Assembly: GCA_951406725.2 (NCBI GenBank)
Contig: OX597829.1
Location: 45,942,001-46,006,000, forward strand
Source of the DNA: Octopus vulgaris
Lineage: Eukaryota
Direction of reading: 5' to 3'
Length of the DNA: 64,000 bases
The translations under genes were made by a program, and so were the position numbers. A model generated the notes under the pieces. It was not told the origin of the DNA and made no database searches. It saw only the letters and a list, made by a program, of their open reading frames with translations. This document shows positions 23,261-37,539 of the stretch, piece by piece. The first letter of the stretch is position 1, and every line of letters begins with the position of its first letter.

Positions 23261-23670
23261 TACTCTTTTACTCTTTTACTTGTTTCAGTCATTTTGACTG
23301 CGGTGATGCTGGAGCACCACCTTTAGTCGAGCAAATCGACCCCAGCACTTATTCTTTGTAAGCCTAGTACTTATTCTATCGGTCTCTTTTGCCGAACCGC
23401 TAAGTTACGGGGACGTAAACACACCAACATCGGTTGTCAAGCAATGCTAGGGGGACAAACACAGACACACAAACACACACACACAAATATATATACACAT
23501 ATATACAACAGACTTCATTCAGTGTCCGTCTACCAAATCCACTCACAAGGCATTGGTCGGTCCAAAGCTATAGTAGAAGACACTTGCCCAAGATGCCACG
23601 CAGTGGGACTGAACCCGGAACCATGTGGTTGGTTAGCAAGCTACTTACCACACAGCCACTCCTGCGCCTA
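23261..23670 (-). mobile_element. CORE-type octopus SINE, full length
   Basis: Head TAGGCGCAGGAGTGGCTGTGTGG and tail (GAGTAAAA)n on the minus strand. Confidence 0.9.
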
Positions 23671-24169
23671 TATGTATACGTTTGTATTTGCGTCTGTAGC
23701 CAGGCACGTGTTTTCGATGGTTCACCAGAAATACTGTTATCCGATCATTCAGATGCATTACCTACTCGCCCACCCACATACATCCACCCTACTTCTAAGG
23801 TCATATAATGTGACCTCTGTCCCCACAGTACCGTTGGCGACTACCTCCGACGTCTTATCTGCGCTAGTTTACGTTTGTGGTTAGGAAGTACCTGGATCAC
23901 AACCCACCCCTTACCCTGTTCCCTCCTTTTCCTCCCGCTGGCTTTGTACCTCTATATTTATATAAAGGAAGTATCCTGGTCTTGTACCTCTAAACTAGTG
24001 TTTCTCAACCATTTACTACCTAAAGACCCCTTTGATTTTTGTTTTATGCGAAAAGACCCTCCTAGTCATCCGATATTTTAAAATCCTATAATATCTTAAT
24101 AATTGAATATTATTAGGAATTTTATACAAACAAACAAAAAAAAAATGACTGTTAAAATATTTTGTGTAT

Positions 24170-24400
24170 TGCGTGGCTTAGTGGTTAGGATGTCAGCACC
24201 ATGACCGTAAGATTGTGGTTTCGATTCCAGGACCGGGCGACGAGTTGTGTTCTTGAGCAAAACACTTCATTTCACGTTGCTCCAGTCCACTCAGCTGGCA
24301 AAAATGAGTAACGCTGCGGTGGACTGACGTCTTGTCCAGCTAGGGAAACCGGGAAACCGGGCCCATGAGCCTGGCTAGGCTTTAAAAAGGGTGCATTTAT
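24170..24400 (+). mobile_element. tRNA-derived SINE (third family)
   Basis: A box TGGCTTAGTGGTTAG, B box GGTTTCGATTCC; homologous to 34158-34403. Confidence 0.85.
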
Positions 24401-24422
24401 TTATTTTTTGATTGTATAAGTA

Positions 24423-24843
24423 TAGGCGCAGGAGTGGCTGTGTGGTAAATAGCTTGTTTACCAACCACATGGTTCCGGGTTCAGTCCCACTGCGTGGCAC
24501 CTTGGCCAAGTGTCTTCTACTATAGCCACGGGCCGACCAAAGCCTTGTGAGTGGATTTGGTAGACGGAAACTGAAAGAAGCCCGTCGTATATATGTATAT
24601 ATATATGCGTGTGTGTGTGTGTTTGTGTGTCTGTGTTTGACCCCCTAGCATTGCTTGACAACCGATGCTGGTGTGTTTATTTCCCCGTCACTTAGCGGTT
24701 CGGCAAAAAGGAAACCGATAGAATAAGTACTGGGCTTACAAAGAAAGAATAAGTCCCGGGGGTCGATTTGCTCGACTAAAGGCGATGCTCCAGCATGGTC
24801 GCAGTCAAATGACTGAAACAAGTAAAAGAGAGAAAAGAGAGAG
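24423..24843 (+). mobile_element. CORE-type octopus SINE, full length
   Basis: TAGGCGCAGGAGTGGCTG..TGGCACCTTGGCCAAGTGTCTT..GACTGAAACAAGTAAAAGAG. Confidence 0.9.
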
Positions 24844-25426
24844 AGTTGGGTAAAGGTTTATAATTCCTTCAGTTATTAAACCACAGGTGGTGTTTCTATT
24901 TCGGAGCTTACCTAGGGCTAAACGTCAGCTCAAGGAACAAAAAAGCAAGTAAACAGCAGCAAAAAAGATGGCTGTTTGTTTCTGGGTCGTCTGCGCTAGT
25001 CTTCGCTTTATTACTCTCACTTCTCTCACCGTAGCACAGCTGCATATCTCCAGCAAATTTTATTATTATTTCTCCGCTCCCATTAACTACCGTCATATTG
25101 CTAATTGCATATTGCCCTCATTATGCGTTATATTCATTGAAAGGAGTTGACTTTCTTTTACATGTGGATTCTATCGAATAATAGATAGCGTAAAAAGCAC
25201 GCAATCTCTCGCATATAGACATACGCACACACAAACTACATAAGGGCAATTGTTTCTCAATACGCCCACACACATATGCACCTCGCGTAATATATACGCA
25301 TGCATAGAAAAGCACACATACATAGATGCATATATATAGTAGAACACAATATAAGGCATAGGAATAATAGGGAAAAGTGTGCAACGTAAATAGGTATTTA
25401 TATGTATATATATATACATATGTATG

Positions 25427-25484
<58 letters not shown>

Positions 25485-25528
25485 CTAGAATTTTTTTTTA
25501 TAGACTTTTTTTGCTACCCTTATATTTA

Positions 25529-25665
<137 letters not shown>

Positions 25666-25682
25666 CTATATGTATATGTATC

Positions 25683-25757
<75 letters not shown>

Positions 25758-26150
25758 GCATGTATGTATATATGCAAACACACATGCGTAGTACACTCGT
25801 ACACACATTCATAATACATGCATCGACACGCGTTTGCAAGAATTTTCTCTTACGCTGATTATTATTATTATTTTCTTTTTTTTTTTTTGTTTTTGTCTCA
25901 ATCTGAATTATTTCAAAATATTTCCTTTTAGTTTTCTCATTCATTGCTTTATTCTTTCTTTCTTTCTTTAATTCATTTATGGCACTCGCTAATTCTTTTA
26001 TTCATTTTTTTTCTTCTCATTTTTGCTGCTATTTCTTTTACTCTCAATTTTCTCTTTTTTGTTTCGTTCATTTTTTTTTTTTGGTTTTCCATGTCATTCT
26101 TTCTCCGTCTTGCTCGTTTCCTTTAAAAATAATTTTTTTCCCATTTGCTT

Positions 26151-26200
<50 letters not shown>

Positions 26201-26239
26201 AATATATATCTTTATAGATATATATATGTAAATATATAT

Positions 26240-26294
<55 letters not shown>

Positions 26295-26469
26295 CATATA
26301 TATATACATACATATATATAACATGTGCGTGTTCGTGTGCGTACTTGCTATTTCATACACACATATCTATCTATCTATCTGTCTATCTGTCTATCTATCT
26401 GTCTATCTATCTATCTATCTATCTATCTATATATATATATATCTTTCTATCTATCTATCTAGCTATCTG

Positions 26470-26526
<57 letters not shown>

Positions 26527-26545
26527 ATATATATATATCTATCTT

Positions 26546-26669
<124 letters not shown>

Positions 26670-26893
26670 CTTATCTAGTTTTCCTCTATCGTTGTCATTA
26701 AAAATTATTATTCTTCTTTCATATCATCTCGTTCATTTAAGAAAAAAAAATCACTTATATTACAATGATCCCAAAAGATGAAATCAAAATCGCTATACAC
26801 GAGTAATAAACTAATACGGAAAATAAAGAAGGCATTCAAAATGAAGAATTATAAATACACACAGATACACACACACACATACACACACACACA

Positions 26894-26945
<52 letters not shown>

Positions 26946-27489
26946 TTACATATATACTATATATACTTCTAAACAAATACCCACGTGATATTCACTCACG
27001 TTTACTATCATTAGCAAAAGCGCAATCACACAAGAATATACATTTTCAAACTATGTGTATATGTGTGTATATATGTTTGCATACCTATATGTATGTATGC
27101 ATGTATCTTTATATGCACGTATGCATACATGTATGCATGTATGTATGCAAGAATGTATGTATATATGCATGTATGCACGGATGTCTTTATATATGTATGT
27201 ATGTATTGATGCGTATAAGCTTGTGTGTATGTATGAAGAAGTGTATATATATATATAGATACATTCTAGGAATACTACAAGAACAATACTAGCCTAATCT
27301 TCATACAATTCAAAATCATTTGGAAAGACTTAATGAAATTCATAAAAATGAAAGGTTCCCCCACCCCTTGATTGGAACAAATTTACCATAAAACCAATAA
27401 TATAGATCAAACGTAAGGTTAGATATTGGTGATGCAAAAATCGCTGAAGAATATATATAATACCAGTAAAAACCAAATTCTTTGATTCT

Positions 27490-28096
27490 TTTTCATTTGA
27501 ATGCGGCCATGCTGGAGGCCGGCCTTTAGTCGAGCAAATCGACTCCAGGACTTATTCTTTGTAAGCCTAGTATTTATTCTATCGGTCTCTTTTTGTCGAA
27601 CCGTTAATGTTACGGGGACGTAAACGAACAAACACCGGTTGTCAAGTGATGGCGGTGGTGGTGGTGGGAAACACACACACACACACAAACATATACATAC
27701 ATACATACACATACACCCCTCCCCATATAAATATATATATTTCTTTACTACCCACAAGGGGCTAAACACAGAGGGGACAAACAAGGACAGACAAAGGGAT
27801 TAAGTCGATTATATCGACCCCAGTGCGTAACTGGTACTTAATTTATCGACCCCGAAAGGATGAAAGGCAAAGTCGACCTCGGCGGAATTTGATCTCAGAT
27901 CATAATGGCAGACGAAATGCTGCTAAGCATAAGCATTTCGCCCGGTCTTCTTTCAGTTTCTATCTACCAAATCCACTCACAAGGCTTTGATCGGCCCGAG
28001 GTTATAGTAGAAGACACTTGCCCAGTGGGGATTGAATCCGGAACCATGCGATTGGTAAGCAGCAAGCTACTTACCACACACCTACTCCTGTGCCTA
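27490..28096 (-). mobile_element. CORE-type SINE with a nested Nin/Deu SINE (~27740-27945)
   Basis: CORE-SINE halves flank a Nin-type copy in the same orientation. Confidence 0.8.
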
Positions 28097-29141
28097 TTTA
28101 CAATAAATGGAAAAAAATAAAAGTCTCAGGTTTCGATTCCAGAAATTAATCTTTGAAAGTAAAATATTTTTTCGTGTACTTATGCGAAATTTATTTGATC
28201 CATGTAAATCATAATTTAATTCGCCTCACATTGGAATCTTGGTGGTGGCTTCTGTTTGGTAAGAAACTTACTTCCCGACCAGATTCAGTCCCACATAGTA
28301 GATCCTTGGTTAAGTGTCTAATATCACCGAATCCTTATGAGTGAATTTGTATGTATATGGATGTATACGTAAATGGATGTATATGCATGCATGTATACAC
28401 TTGAATTTGTGTGTATGTGTATTTACGTACTTGTCTCTCTATATTTATATATGTGTTCTTATATGTGTATTTACTGCAAATATACACTTTTATATACACA
28501 TGTATACGTAATTATATTTTGTGAACGTTCGTTACGCATAGTCAGACTTCTTTCTTTCTTCCTTTCTTTCCTTATTATCTTTCTCTCCCTATTCGTTACT
28601 TGTTTAGAGTCCTGTAACTTTACGCCCCTCTCTCCTTCTCTTACTCACGTCTTTAGCTTTCTGTTGCTTATAAGATCCTTACCATTTCTTCCCCCTCTGC
28701 GTTTTACTTCTAGTCTATATGTATACACCAAGTGAGTTTTGCATGCGAGCAAGATTGCGTATACGTGAATTTGTATGTATATTTTCGTTTTGCATTTATA
28801 TGTCTGTATATGTATGTGGTCTGTGTACATCTATCTGTGTATTTTGATGTATACATATATATCGATGGTTTAGTATGAGTATATAATTTTTATGTATTAA
28901 TTGTATTAATCGAATTATATTTCTATATAATTAATGACAATATATATTCTGAATCCGCTCTTCGATTTAAGGTTTTCCCTCGATTTTTATAATTTATATT
29001 GAACTCATTTATTTTGATTATTTTGTTTATCGCTTGCCTAAGACCGTTATTTGATAGGACCAATGAAACAAATCCATTTTTAAAGGTGTATCCTTTAACT
29101 AGTTTTGATCAAATTGTTATTTCGGTTCTATTTTAACAAAA

Positions 29142-29179
29142 CTGTCCGACGAACGGCAACGTGAAACTCCGAGTAACAG
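29142..29179 (+). ncRNA. Minimal hammerhead-like motif, U4C core (CCGACGA)
   Basis: CTGT-CCGACGA-ACG(GCAA)CGT-GAAA-CTCCGAG-TA-ACAG; GNRA loop II, near-palindromic stem III, GUA triplet. Confidence 0.7.
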
Positions 29180-30786
29180 CTTTTGTAATATTTCTGCTGT
29201 TTGTGTGTTTACATCTCCGTAAATAAGAATAAGTCCCAGGTGTTAAAAAAGTACTAGGAGCTATTCACTCGACTAGAATTCTTCAAGGCGGTGCCCCAGC
29301 ATGGCTGCAGTCTAATTACTGACACAAAGAGAAGATAAAAGATAACAAATAATTCTATTTGTCTTAAAAGACGTCTATAATGATATCACAGCAGTCACGG
29401 TTTTGTGGTTCGCAACGACGTGGTTTCGGGTTCAGCCCTCTTTACGTAAGCTTTTCCTACATTAGCCTTGGACTGACCAATACCGCGTGAGCGAATTTGG
29501 TAAACAAAATCTGTGTGAAAGCCCGTCGTAATGACTCCCTGGGTCAATGTTCCGATGGGTCAATTTAATCGTCTAAACCCGTGGTACTGAACTGCGGCTT
29601 CTAGGGTGGCATATAACCCTTAAGCATCCTTCCGGTGGCCCTCGGCGGTGTTCCTTGTGTAATAGTGCTTTTCTTTAATTGACATATATTTTAGGTAGGG
29701 GGGCTCCGAAGGGGTCTCAGGGAGTGGCGTCCCTGCCTTCCTGAGCTAGTTTTTCCACCACATTTCTTAAAAGTTATGGTAGAGGCCTTGGTCTCGGAAT
29801 CACTCATGTCTAGAAGCTGAGGTTAGGGGTAGAAAATCCAGATCATGAAAATCCAGAAAAAAGCTTCATGGTAGCAAAGATAGCTGGCATGAGCCAGGCC
29901 AAAAGTTGGGCTGTAACTGCCTACCTCGGTTGCTATGACATTGAGGTACCCCCATTAAAGGGGACAAAACTCGGGTTTAAAACACTGGATGATGATGATT
30001 ACTGTTTTTGGTGCGGCCCTCTGAAAAGATCTCGTCTTTAGATTTGACCCTGATATTAAAAAGGCTGAAAATCACTGGAGTAAAACCTTCAATGCGGTGC
30101 TCCAACATGCCACAGTTCACTGAATGAAACGAGTAAAAGACCAAGGTAGTTGTAATCGTTATTATTACAACAATAAGAGCAAGCTAACGAGTAAGAGAAA
30201 TCCACTGAGAAAGTCTCGAAGCGGTCGCTGAATCTGCTAAAAATATTGCCGCAAAATCTCCCTCAAATCACACTTCATTGCAGTAAAGGAAGAAAAGCAT
30301 TTTTGGATAAATCTAGGCGTTGATATTCAAATCGATGGTTATCACAAGAATGCTTCCGTTCATAGACCTCCTTGACAGAGGTGACAACACCGATAATAAC
30401 ATTCCGTTATCTTAGCGCGCTGACCCCTTTTAATCCAAACCGTCTAAGACTGTCTTTGAGTCTAATATACAAACTTTTTTTTTAAAGTGAGCTGAATTTA
30501 ACCCTTTAGAGTTCAGATTATTCTGTCAAATGTGATATTTGTTTATTTATATTATTTTGAATTAATCATGCATTATCTTGTGATGTGATTTTTTAGTTTT
30601 AGAATGACATGGTAGGGCTGAGGTGAGAGGCGAGATCTGGTCATTTTCAATATAAAACAGGTTAAATATTTTGGCCAGATATGGCCGGTTTGAATGCAAA
30701 AGGGTTTTAAGTATTCCAGGAACACTTCCTTTTACTTTATGCTCCAAACATAAGATTAGTAAATCCTTCGTTATTTTTCAAATCAG

Positions 30787-31075
30787 CTAAGTTAAATTAA
30801 GTTAAGTTAATTTTTTGGTTCAAAAAGCAAAAAGCAAGGCCATGTAAGGAGACATGGAGTTATGTACAGGGAGGGTGTTCATGCAAAGAGTTCAGGCCAT
30901 TTCTGGTCCAGAGAGACTTTGAACCGAGCGGTCGTCGGCATCTTCACCATCTCGTCCGGCAGCTTATTCCACGGATCCGCAACCCGGACGGAGAAAGCCC
31001 CTCTCCTTCGATTGAGATGAAATCGTCGCAGATAGAGCTTTTCGGAGTGACCCCGCAGCCGACGTTCTGGAGCTG
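30787..31075 (-). mobile_element. CR1-type LINE 3' end
   Basis: Minus: RLRGHSEKLYLRRFHLNRRRGAFSVRVADPWNKLPDEMVKMPTTARFKVSLDQKW, then a 3'UTR and (TTAAC)n tail. Confidence 0.85.
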
Positions 31076-31652
31076 AAACACGTCAGCGTATTTGCGCAAA
31101 AACATAGTAACAAAAGTGTTAATGTCGACCTTTCAATATCTATCGATGAATTGTTTAAATAATCTAAAGGCAAGTAAATGTATTCATGCTTTATTCAAAC
31201 CGGAAACGATCTCATTAAAAAGTCCAATGTACAAACATCCAATTCTTTTCAAGCGGAAACTTTTCTTCTCATTGTTGTTATATCTGGTTTTTGATGTACT
31301 AAATTCCTTAACAGGATGACTAAGTGACTAAGTGTGTTTCAATACGTGAAATCATATTTCGCATAACTCGTGATACAACGGATATATGAACACACAAACA
31401 CACACACACACCCTCACACACACTCACGTACACACACATATATGGTGGTTGCCATTTCTTTACGGAAGAACATCATTTCTTCAGTTAGTAAATGTCTCAC
31501 GTGACCAGCAAATCCAGCTTTTGACAAACATTCTATTATAGATGTTATAAATATTTCAAGCCAGAAAAGTCTCTGGAATTGGAGACAAGTTGTGTTTACG
31601 ATGTGTTGAAGATGGGCGATCGATTAATTATGCTTCAAGTGCTTTACAACCA

Positions 31653-31859
<207 letters not shown>

Positions 31860-31956
31860 CACATATATATATATACAATTGCAGCGTGGAAGGTGTTTGT
31901 AAGCCATTTAAGAAACACACAAAAGCCGTTCGATTCACTTCAACATTTAAGTTTAA

Positions 31957-32006
31957 TTTGTCAAAATATTTTCGTCGCTAAAATCCGCGACCTGTTCACT
32001 GACAAA
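31957..32006 (-). ncRNA. Hammerhead-like motif with G3-C8 core (mirror copy)
   Basis: Reverse complement of 32109-32158. Confidence 0.7.
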
Positions 32007-32108
32007 ATTTCGTGCTGCATCTGACCTGTTCACTGACAAAAAGCCGTGCTGCATCTGCAGATGCAGCACGGCTTTTTGTCAGTGAACAGGTCAGATGCAG
32101 CACGAAAT

Positions 32109-32158
32109 TTTGTCAGTGAACAGGTCGCGGATTTTAGCGACGAAAATATTTTGACAAA
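32109..32158 (+). ncRNA. Hammerhead-like motif with G3-C8 swapped core (GTGAACA)
   Basis: TTTGTCA-GTGAACA-G-GTCGC(ggatttta)GCGAC-GAAA-ATAT-TT-TGACAAA; 7-bp stem I, palindromic AATATT stem III. Confidence 0.7.
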
Positions 32159-32296
32159 TTAAACTTAAATGTTGAAGTGAATCGAACGGCTTTTGTGTGT
32201 TTCTTAAATGGCTTACAAACACCTTCCACGCTGCAATTGTTTCCGTTTCAGCACACGATCTCAGATCAAATTACTTGCTATGCGAGTACATCTCCG

Positions 32297-32351
<55 letters not shown>

Positions 32352-32414
32352 TATATATCTATATCTATATCTATATCTATCTATTTATATATATATATAT
32401 ATAATGTACGTATG

Positions 32415-32655
32415 TCTTTTATCTTTTATCTGTAACTTGTTTCAGTCATTATTACTACGGCCAAGTTGGGGCACCGCTTTGAAAATTTTTTAGTCAAATG
32501 TAGCAACCTCAGTACTTATTTTCTAAAAGCTTGCCACTCATTCTATCAGTCTCTTTGGGCGAATCGCTAAGTTTCTGCGGGGTAAACACACCAGCGCCGG
32601 TTATCAAGCGGTATGTGGGGCAAGCAGACACAATGATACACACACACACACACGC

Positions 32656-32707
<52 letters not shown>

Positions 32708-32866
32708 GTACAATGGACTTTTATCAGTTTCCGTCGACCAAATCCACTCACAAGACTTTGGACGGCCCGAGGCTATAGAAAAAGATACTTTTTCCAAGGT
32801 GCCATGCAGTGGGATTGAACCCGGAACCTGGTGTTTAGGAAGCAAACTTCTTACCACACAGGCACA
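32415..32866 (-). mobile_element. Diverged CORE-type SINE
   Basis: Same head and tail motifs as the other copies. Confidence 0.8.
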
Positions 32867-32879
32867 CATATAAGCCAGA

Positions 32880-33225
32880 AACTCGTATACATTCACCGCA
32901 CACATCTACACACTAAAACTGGCCCTACGTCGGTCTTGACGACAGGAGTTCCGGTTGATACGATCAACATGCAACAAGCTCTCGTGAAATTATCGTTCAA
33001 ATTGTTGAACACACTACAGAAACGCATACCCTTAACGTATTTCTGAAGTCAATTCAGTGTGACACAGAATGTGACAAGGGTAGCCCGTTGAAATACAGAT
33101 TCATTTTTGCCAGCTGAATGCAGTGGAGCAACGTGAAATAAAGTGTCTTGCCCAAGGACAAAACGCACCGATGGAAATTGAACTCACGACTGTACGATAG
33201 AGAATCAAATTCCCTAACCACTATG
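32880..33225 (-). mobile_element. tRNA-derived SINE (related to 54386-54775)
   Basis: Minus: TAGTGGTTAGGG..GAGTTCAATTTCC; the 3' part resembles TAATTTCACGAG..GATCGTATCAACCGGAAC of the 54.4-kb copy. Confidence 0.7.
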
Positions 33226-33639
33226 CAAACAGTATATGTGTGTGTGTGTGTGTGCGCGTGTGCGTGTGAATGTATTAAGGCTACCATTGGTTTCATGTTA
33301 AGAAACATATCTTAACACTTTACAAACACATCACATGAAGGGATGGCGCTCGTCTCCATTTTGCATGAAAGCACGAAAAATCTCGGGAAATCGCAAAATA
33401 GTCTCGTAAGAGAAAACAAGGAATCAAGGGGCGATACTCTTGGTTGACAACTTTTTAGTGATTATATGTCTTAGCTTTCGTTTTTGGGAAAAAATACCGT
33501 ATGTATGTATGTATGTATGTATGTATGTATGTATGTATGTATGTATTCGATGGACTCTCCCGTCGTTAGACAACGTATGAGAGTTCGAAAATTTCTCACC
33601 GAGCGACCACACAGAGGATTTGTTTATAGTGATCAAATG

Positions 33640-33843
33640 TTTGTGTAGTCATATGCACACTCCCTTCATCAGATCGACATTACCTGTACAGGTGCAACGG
33701 GTACCACATATCAGATGTCGAAGTCATAGCAGAGCAACGTGAAATGAAGTGCTTTGCTAAAGGACACAACACAACGCCCGATCTGGGAATCGAACCCACG
33801 ATCTCGCAATCGTGCGTGCAACACCTTAACCCCTAAGCCATGC
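33640..33843 (-). mobile_element. tRNA-derived SINE
   Basis: Minus: TGGCTTAGGGGTTAAG..GGGTTCGATTCCC..CACTTCATTTCACGTTGCTC. Confidence 0.7.
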
Positions 33844-34157
33844 ATACATATACAAGAGTTACGGAATGGAGTAGATAAGATAAGGGATACATATGTTTCA
33901 TAGCGAGTGGGAGCTCAGAAGTGGTAAATATCCAAGCGAGGTGTATACCCCAGTCTGCTCTTCAGGTCAAGAACATCTTGATTAAATGAAAGTTGACGTT
34001 GCCGCAGCGCGGTCCATGTTAACACACGGAAGGTTTAATCAGAAATTTATCGTTTATCGTTCTTCGATACGAAAAAAAATCCACAACCTTACCTTTCAAT
34101 ATACCATTATTGTCCCTGAAAGTTGTTTCTTTTTATATAAACTACGGATTGGTTGTG

Positions 34158-34403
34158 AAGGCGCGTGGCTTAGTGGTTAGGGTGTCAGCACCATGATCGT
34201 AAGATTGTTGCTTCGATTCCTGGACCGGGCGACGCGTTGTGTTCTTGAGCAAAACACTTCATTTCACGTTGCTCCAGTCCACTCAGCTGTCGAAAATGAG
34301 CAACGCTGCGATGGACTATCGTCCCGTCCAGCTGCGGAACACATACGCCATTGAAACCGGAAAACAGGGTCCATGAGCCTGGCTAGGCTTTATAAGGACG
34401 CAT
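34158..34403 (+). mobile_element. tRNA-derived SINE (third family)
   Basis: Homologous to 24170-24400, with A and B boxes. Confidence 0.85.
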
Positions 34404-35367
34404 GATGACGGATTGCTTGAAGCTAACTTTCTTCCTACACATCGATCCATGGATATTACATTTATACATACATGCATGCACATATATTAATGTGTGTGCA
34501 TACATACATACATACATACATATACATACATTCACATACATACATTCACATATATACATACATACATACATACATACATACATACATACATTCACATACA
34601 TACATACATACATACATACATGCGTACATACTTGCATGCATGCATACATACATACATAAATACATACATACATACATACATACATACATACATACATACA
34701 TACATACATACATACATACGTACATACGTACATACGTACACACATACATACATACATACATACATACATACATACATACATACATACATACATACATACA
34801 TACATACATACATACATACATACATACATACATACATGCATGCACACATACATACATAAATCTTAAATTGTTTGTTCCCATATTTTATTTTACACCGAGT
34901 TATATTGTTATTCGTTATTAATTACAAATTAAATATATGATGTTCCTATTTTGTTTATACTGAACGGACATTTTCATATCTCAGTTTTCGGGAGAGAGAG
35001 ACACGCAAACATCCTATTGTGAAAATGTTTAGCCTATTTTTCCGACAAGCAATATCTACATCGCCCTCTTTCCATGAGAAGTTCTCTTGCTCATTTTCGC
35101 TTTCAAACTGTTGTTTACACATGTATTACATATAATATATTGTGTATGCTTAAATATTTTGGGGGGGTGTTAGTTATAACACCATGGTACACACATACAC
35201 CTAAATATATCTACGCACAAAAACACGCGTATACATGATTAATATTTTCTCAATTCATTTTATATTTTGTTGCATATGATTAATGTTTCCTGACTTTCAA
35301 TCAAAGATGTGTATCCATCCAATCATTAAGTATGATGTGTTTATATATATATACATATATATATATA

Positions 35368-35430
<63 letters not shown>

Positions 35431-36094
35431 GTATGTATATGTATATATATGCACATGCATGTATATATGTGTGTTTGTGTGTATGTGCTTGTGTGCTTGA
35501 GTATGTGTGTCTTTGTGTGTGTATGTGTGCGTATGCATCTATGTCGATATGTACGTATGTATACGCATATCTAATGTATACTATACAAACATACATGCAC
35601 TCATTTATATTATATATATGCGTATATATATATATATATACATGCATATATATGTATACATGCACGTGTATGCATGTATGTCCCTGCATATATGTGAGTA
35701 TGTGCGCGCGCGTTTGTGTGTGTACGTATGTATACATGTATACATGTAGCATGTGTGCATATATATATATATATATAAACCTATATTCACAAACATACAC
35801 ACTGATATATATATATTATGTATGTATCTAGGTAAGTATATATACGTGCTTACACACACACATAGATATATATGTATAATATGTATAATATATAATGTAT
35901 ATATATATATATATATAAATACATACATGTACATGTATATATATTATATAATGTGTGTATGTTTCTGAATGTAGGTTTGCGCGTAGTACATCTACATACA
36001 ATAATCGATTATTGACAATAAATGAATACATGAATATCAAATTATGGCCGTTTGCGTAAATTTGAATTAATGAATAAAGTTTTGAGTGAGGAAA

Positions 36095-37200
36095 GTAAAA
36101 CAAAAACGAAAAAAAAAAAAAGAAGGAAAATGAAGGAAGATCAATGAACCAATGAACATATAAGAAGAAATAAAAGTACGCAGAATGCGAGTGAAACATA
36201 GAGAGACAGAGAGGGGGGAGAGAGCGAGAGAGAGATATTTTTAAAGATGGAAAAAGAAGAAGAAGAAATGTGATGAAGAAACAAAAGATGAAAGTGAGTA
36301 AATGAGGAATAAAAAGGAGGAAAGGCAATATGTGTAAGACAAAGGAAGAAGCGAATGTTAAATGTTGAGAAATGTGAGAAAGGTAAACAGAATAAACAGT
36401 AAAAGAGAAGAGTGAGTGGTGGAGAGAAAGGAAGAGGAATATAAATGAAAGGAGAAGGAGTAAGGCAAAAGAATAGAAGAATAAGTAGAAATGCAAATGA
36501 AAGAACGAAGGGTAGGGAGGTGAATGGAAAAGAAAATGTAGAAGAAAAGAGGTGTAAGAAGAAAAATGTTGAAGAAAAAGCAGAATGAAGCAATAAGCGA
36601 ATGAAAGACAGCGGGGGTAGAGAAGTTAATGGAAAATGGAAGACAAGAAGAAGGTAAAATGAAAGTGGTGGTAAGAAGGAAAGAAGAGGAAGAAGATGAA
36701 TGAACGATGGAAGGAGAGAAAAGTGGATGGAAGAAAACTGACAAAAAGGGAATGAAAGTTGAAAAGGAAATTGAATGAATGAAGAAGAAAAAGAAACGAA
36801 ATAAATAAATAAATAAATAAATAAAAATAAAAGTGAATGAAAGTGGAAAGTAAAGAATGGGGTATGAAAAATAAAAAGAATCATACTTGGGGAAAAGATA
36901 ACGAAATGGGAGAAGGAAAGAAGATAGAAGAATGAAAATAGAGAAAGGGCAATATGGAGGAAAAGCAGAAATAATAAGAACGAAAGGCAAGAAAAACCAA
37001 ATAAACGAAAGAAAATGAAAGTGAAAGAAAATGACAATGAAAGGATAGAGAAAGATGGAAAAGATGATAAGGAGAAAAACTGATTGAAAGACGGAAGAAA
37101 GATCTATGGCATAAATGTGAATGAAAGAGGCTAGAACACTGTAACGAAGAAAAATGAAAAGAAAAAAAAGAGCAATATAAGAAAAGAAAGAGTATGTAAG
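36095..37200. repeat. Purine-rich (A/G) low-complexity tract
   Basis: About 1.1 kb, strongly A/G on the + strand. Confidence 0.9.
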
Positions 37201-37539
37201 AAAAATGTTACGTGGTTACGAGGTTTCGGCTTCATTTACACTCTGCGTTTCCCTGAGTGTCCTCTACAATAGATCCGAATCGAGCCAGAGTCTCACACAT
37301 AGACGACACAGAGGGTGGTGGCTGTCTCTTTGTAGAATCCGAAAGGTCCTGCAAGATTCATGTCCTCTTTTGTGTGGCAAGCAGTCCTATCTTGGCGTAA
37401 CATTGCTTCTCCGATACTGGAGTCGGGGGTGAGAAAAGGAACCCTAAAAAAAAGTGTTGCCTTCAATAAGCTCGGCATTAACTGTGGATATCTAGAGATC
37501 CAGTTTATTGCAGTCGAGATAAATATAAGGAAAATAAAA

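Larger units (their letters stand above)
31875..32240. repeat. 366-bp perfect spacer-less palindrome in an element (to ~32299) flanked by (TA)n
   Basis: Centre between 32057 and 32058 (CATCTG|CAGATG); each arm carries a ~35-bp internal tandem duplication. Confidence 0.95.

Noticed and set aside
27268-27440. Fragment HLERLNEIHKNERFPHPLI, vaguely Penelope-like
   Set aside because: Too short and degenerate to support a call.
29535-30000. GC-richer segment ending in (GAT)n, possibly a retroelement UTR or SINE
   Set aside because: No diagnostic motif and no second copy in the window.
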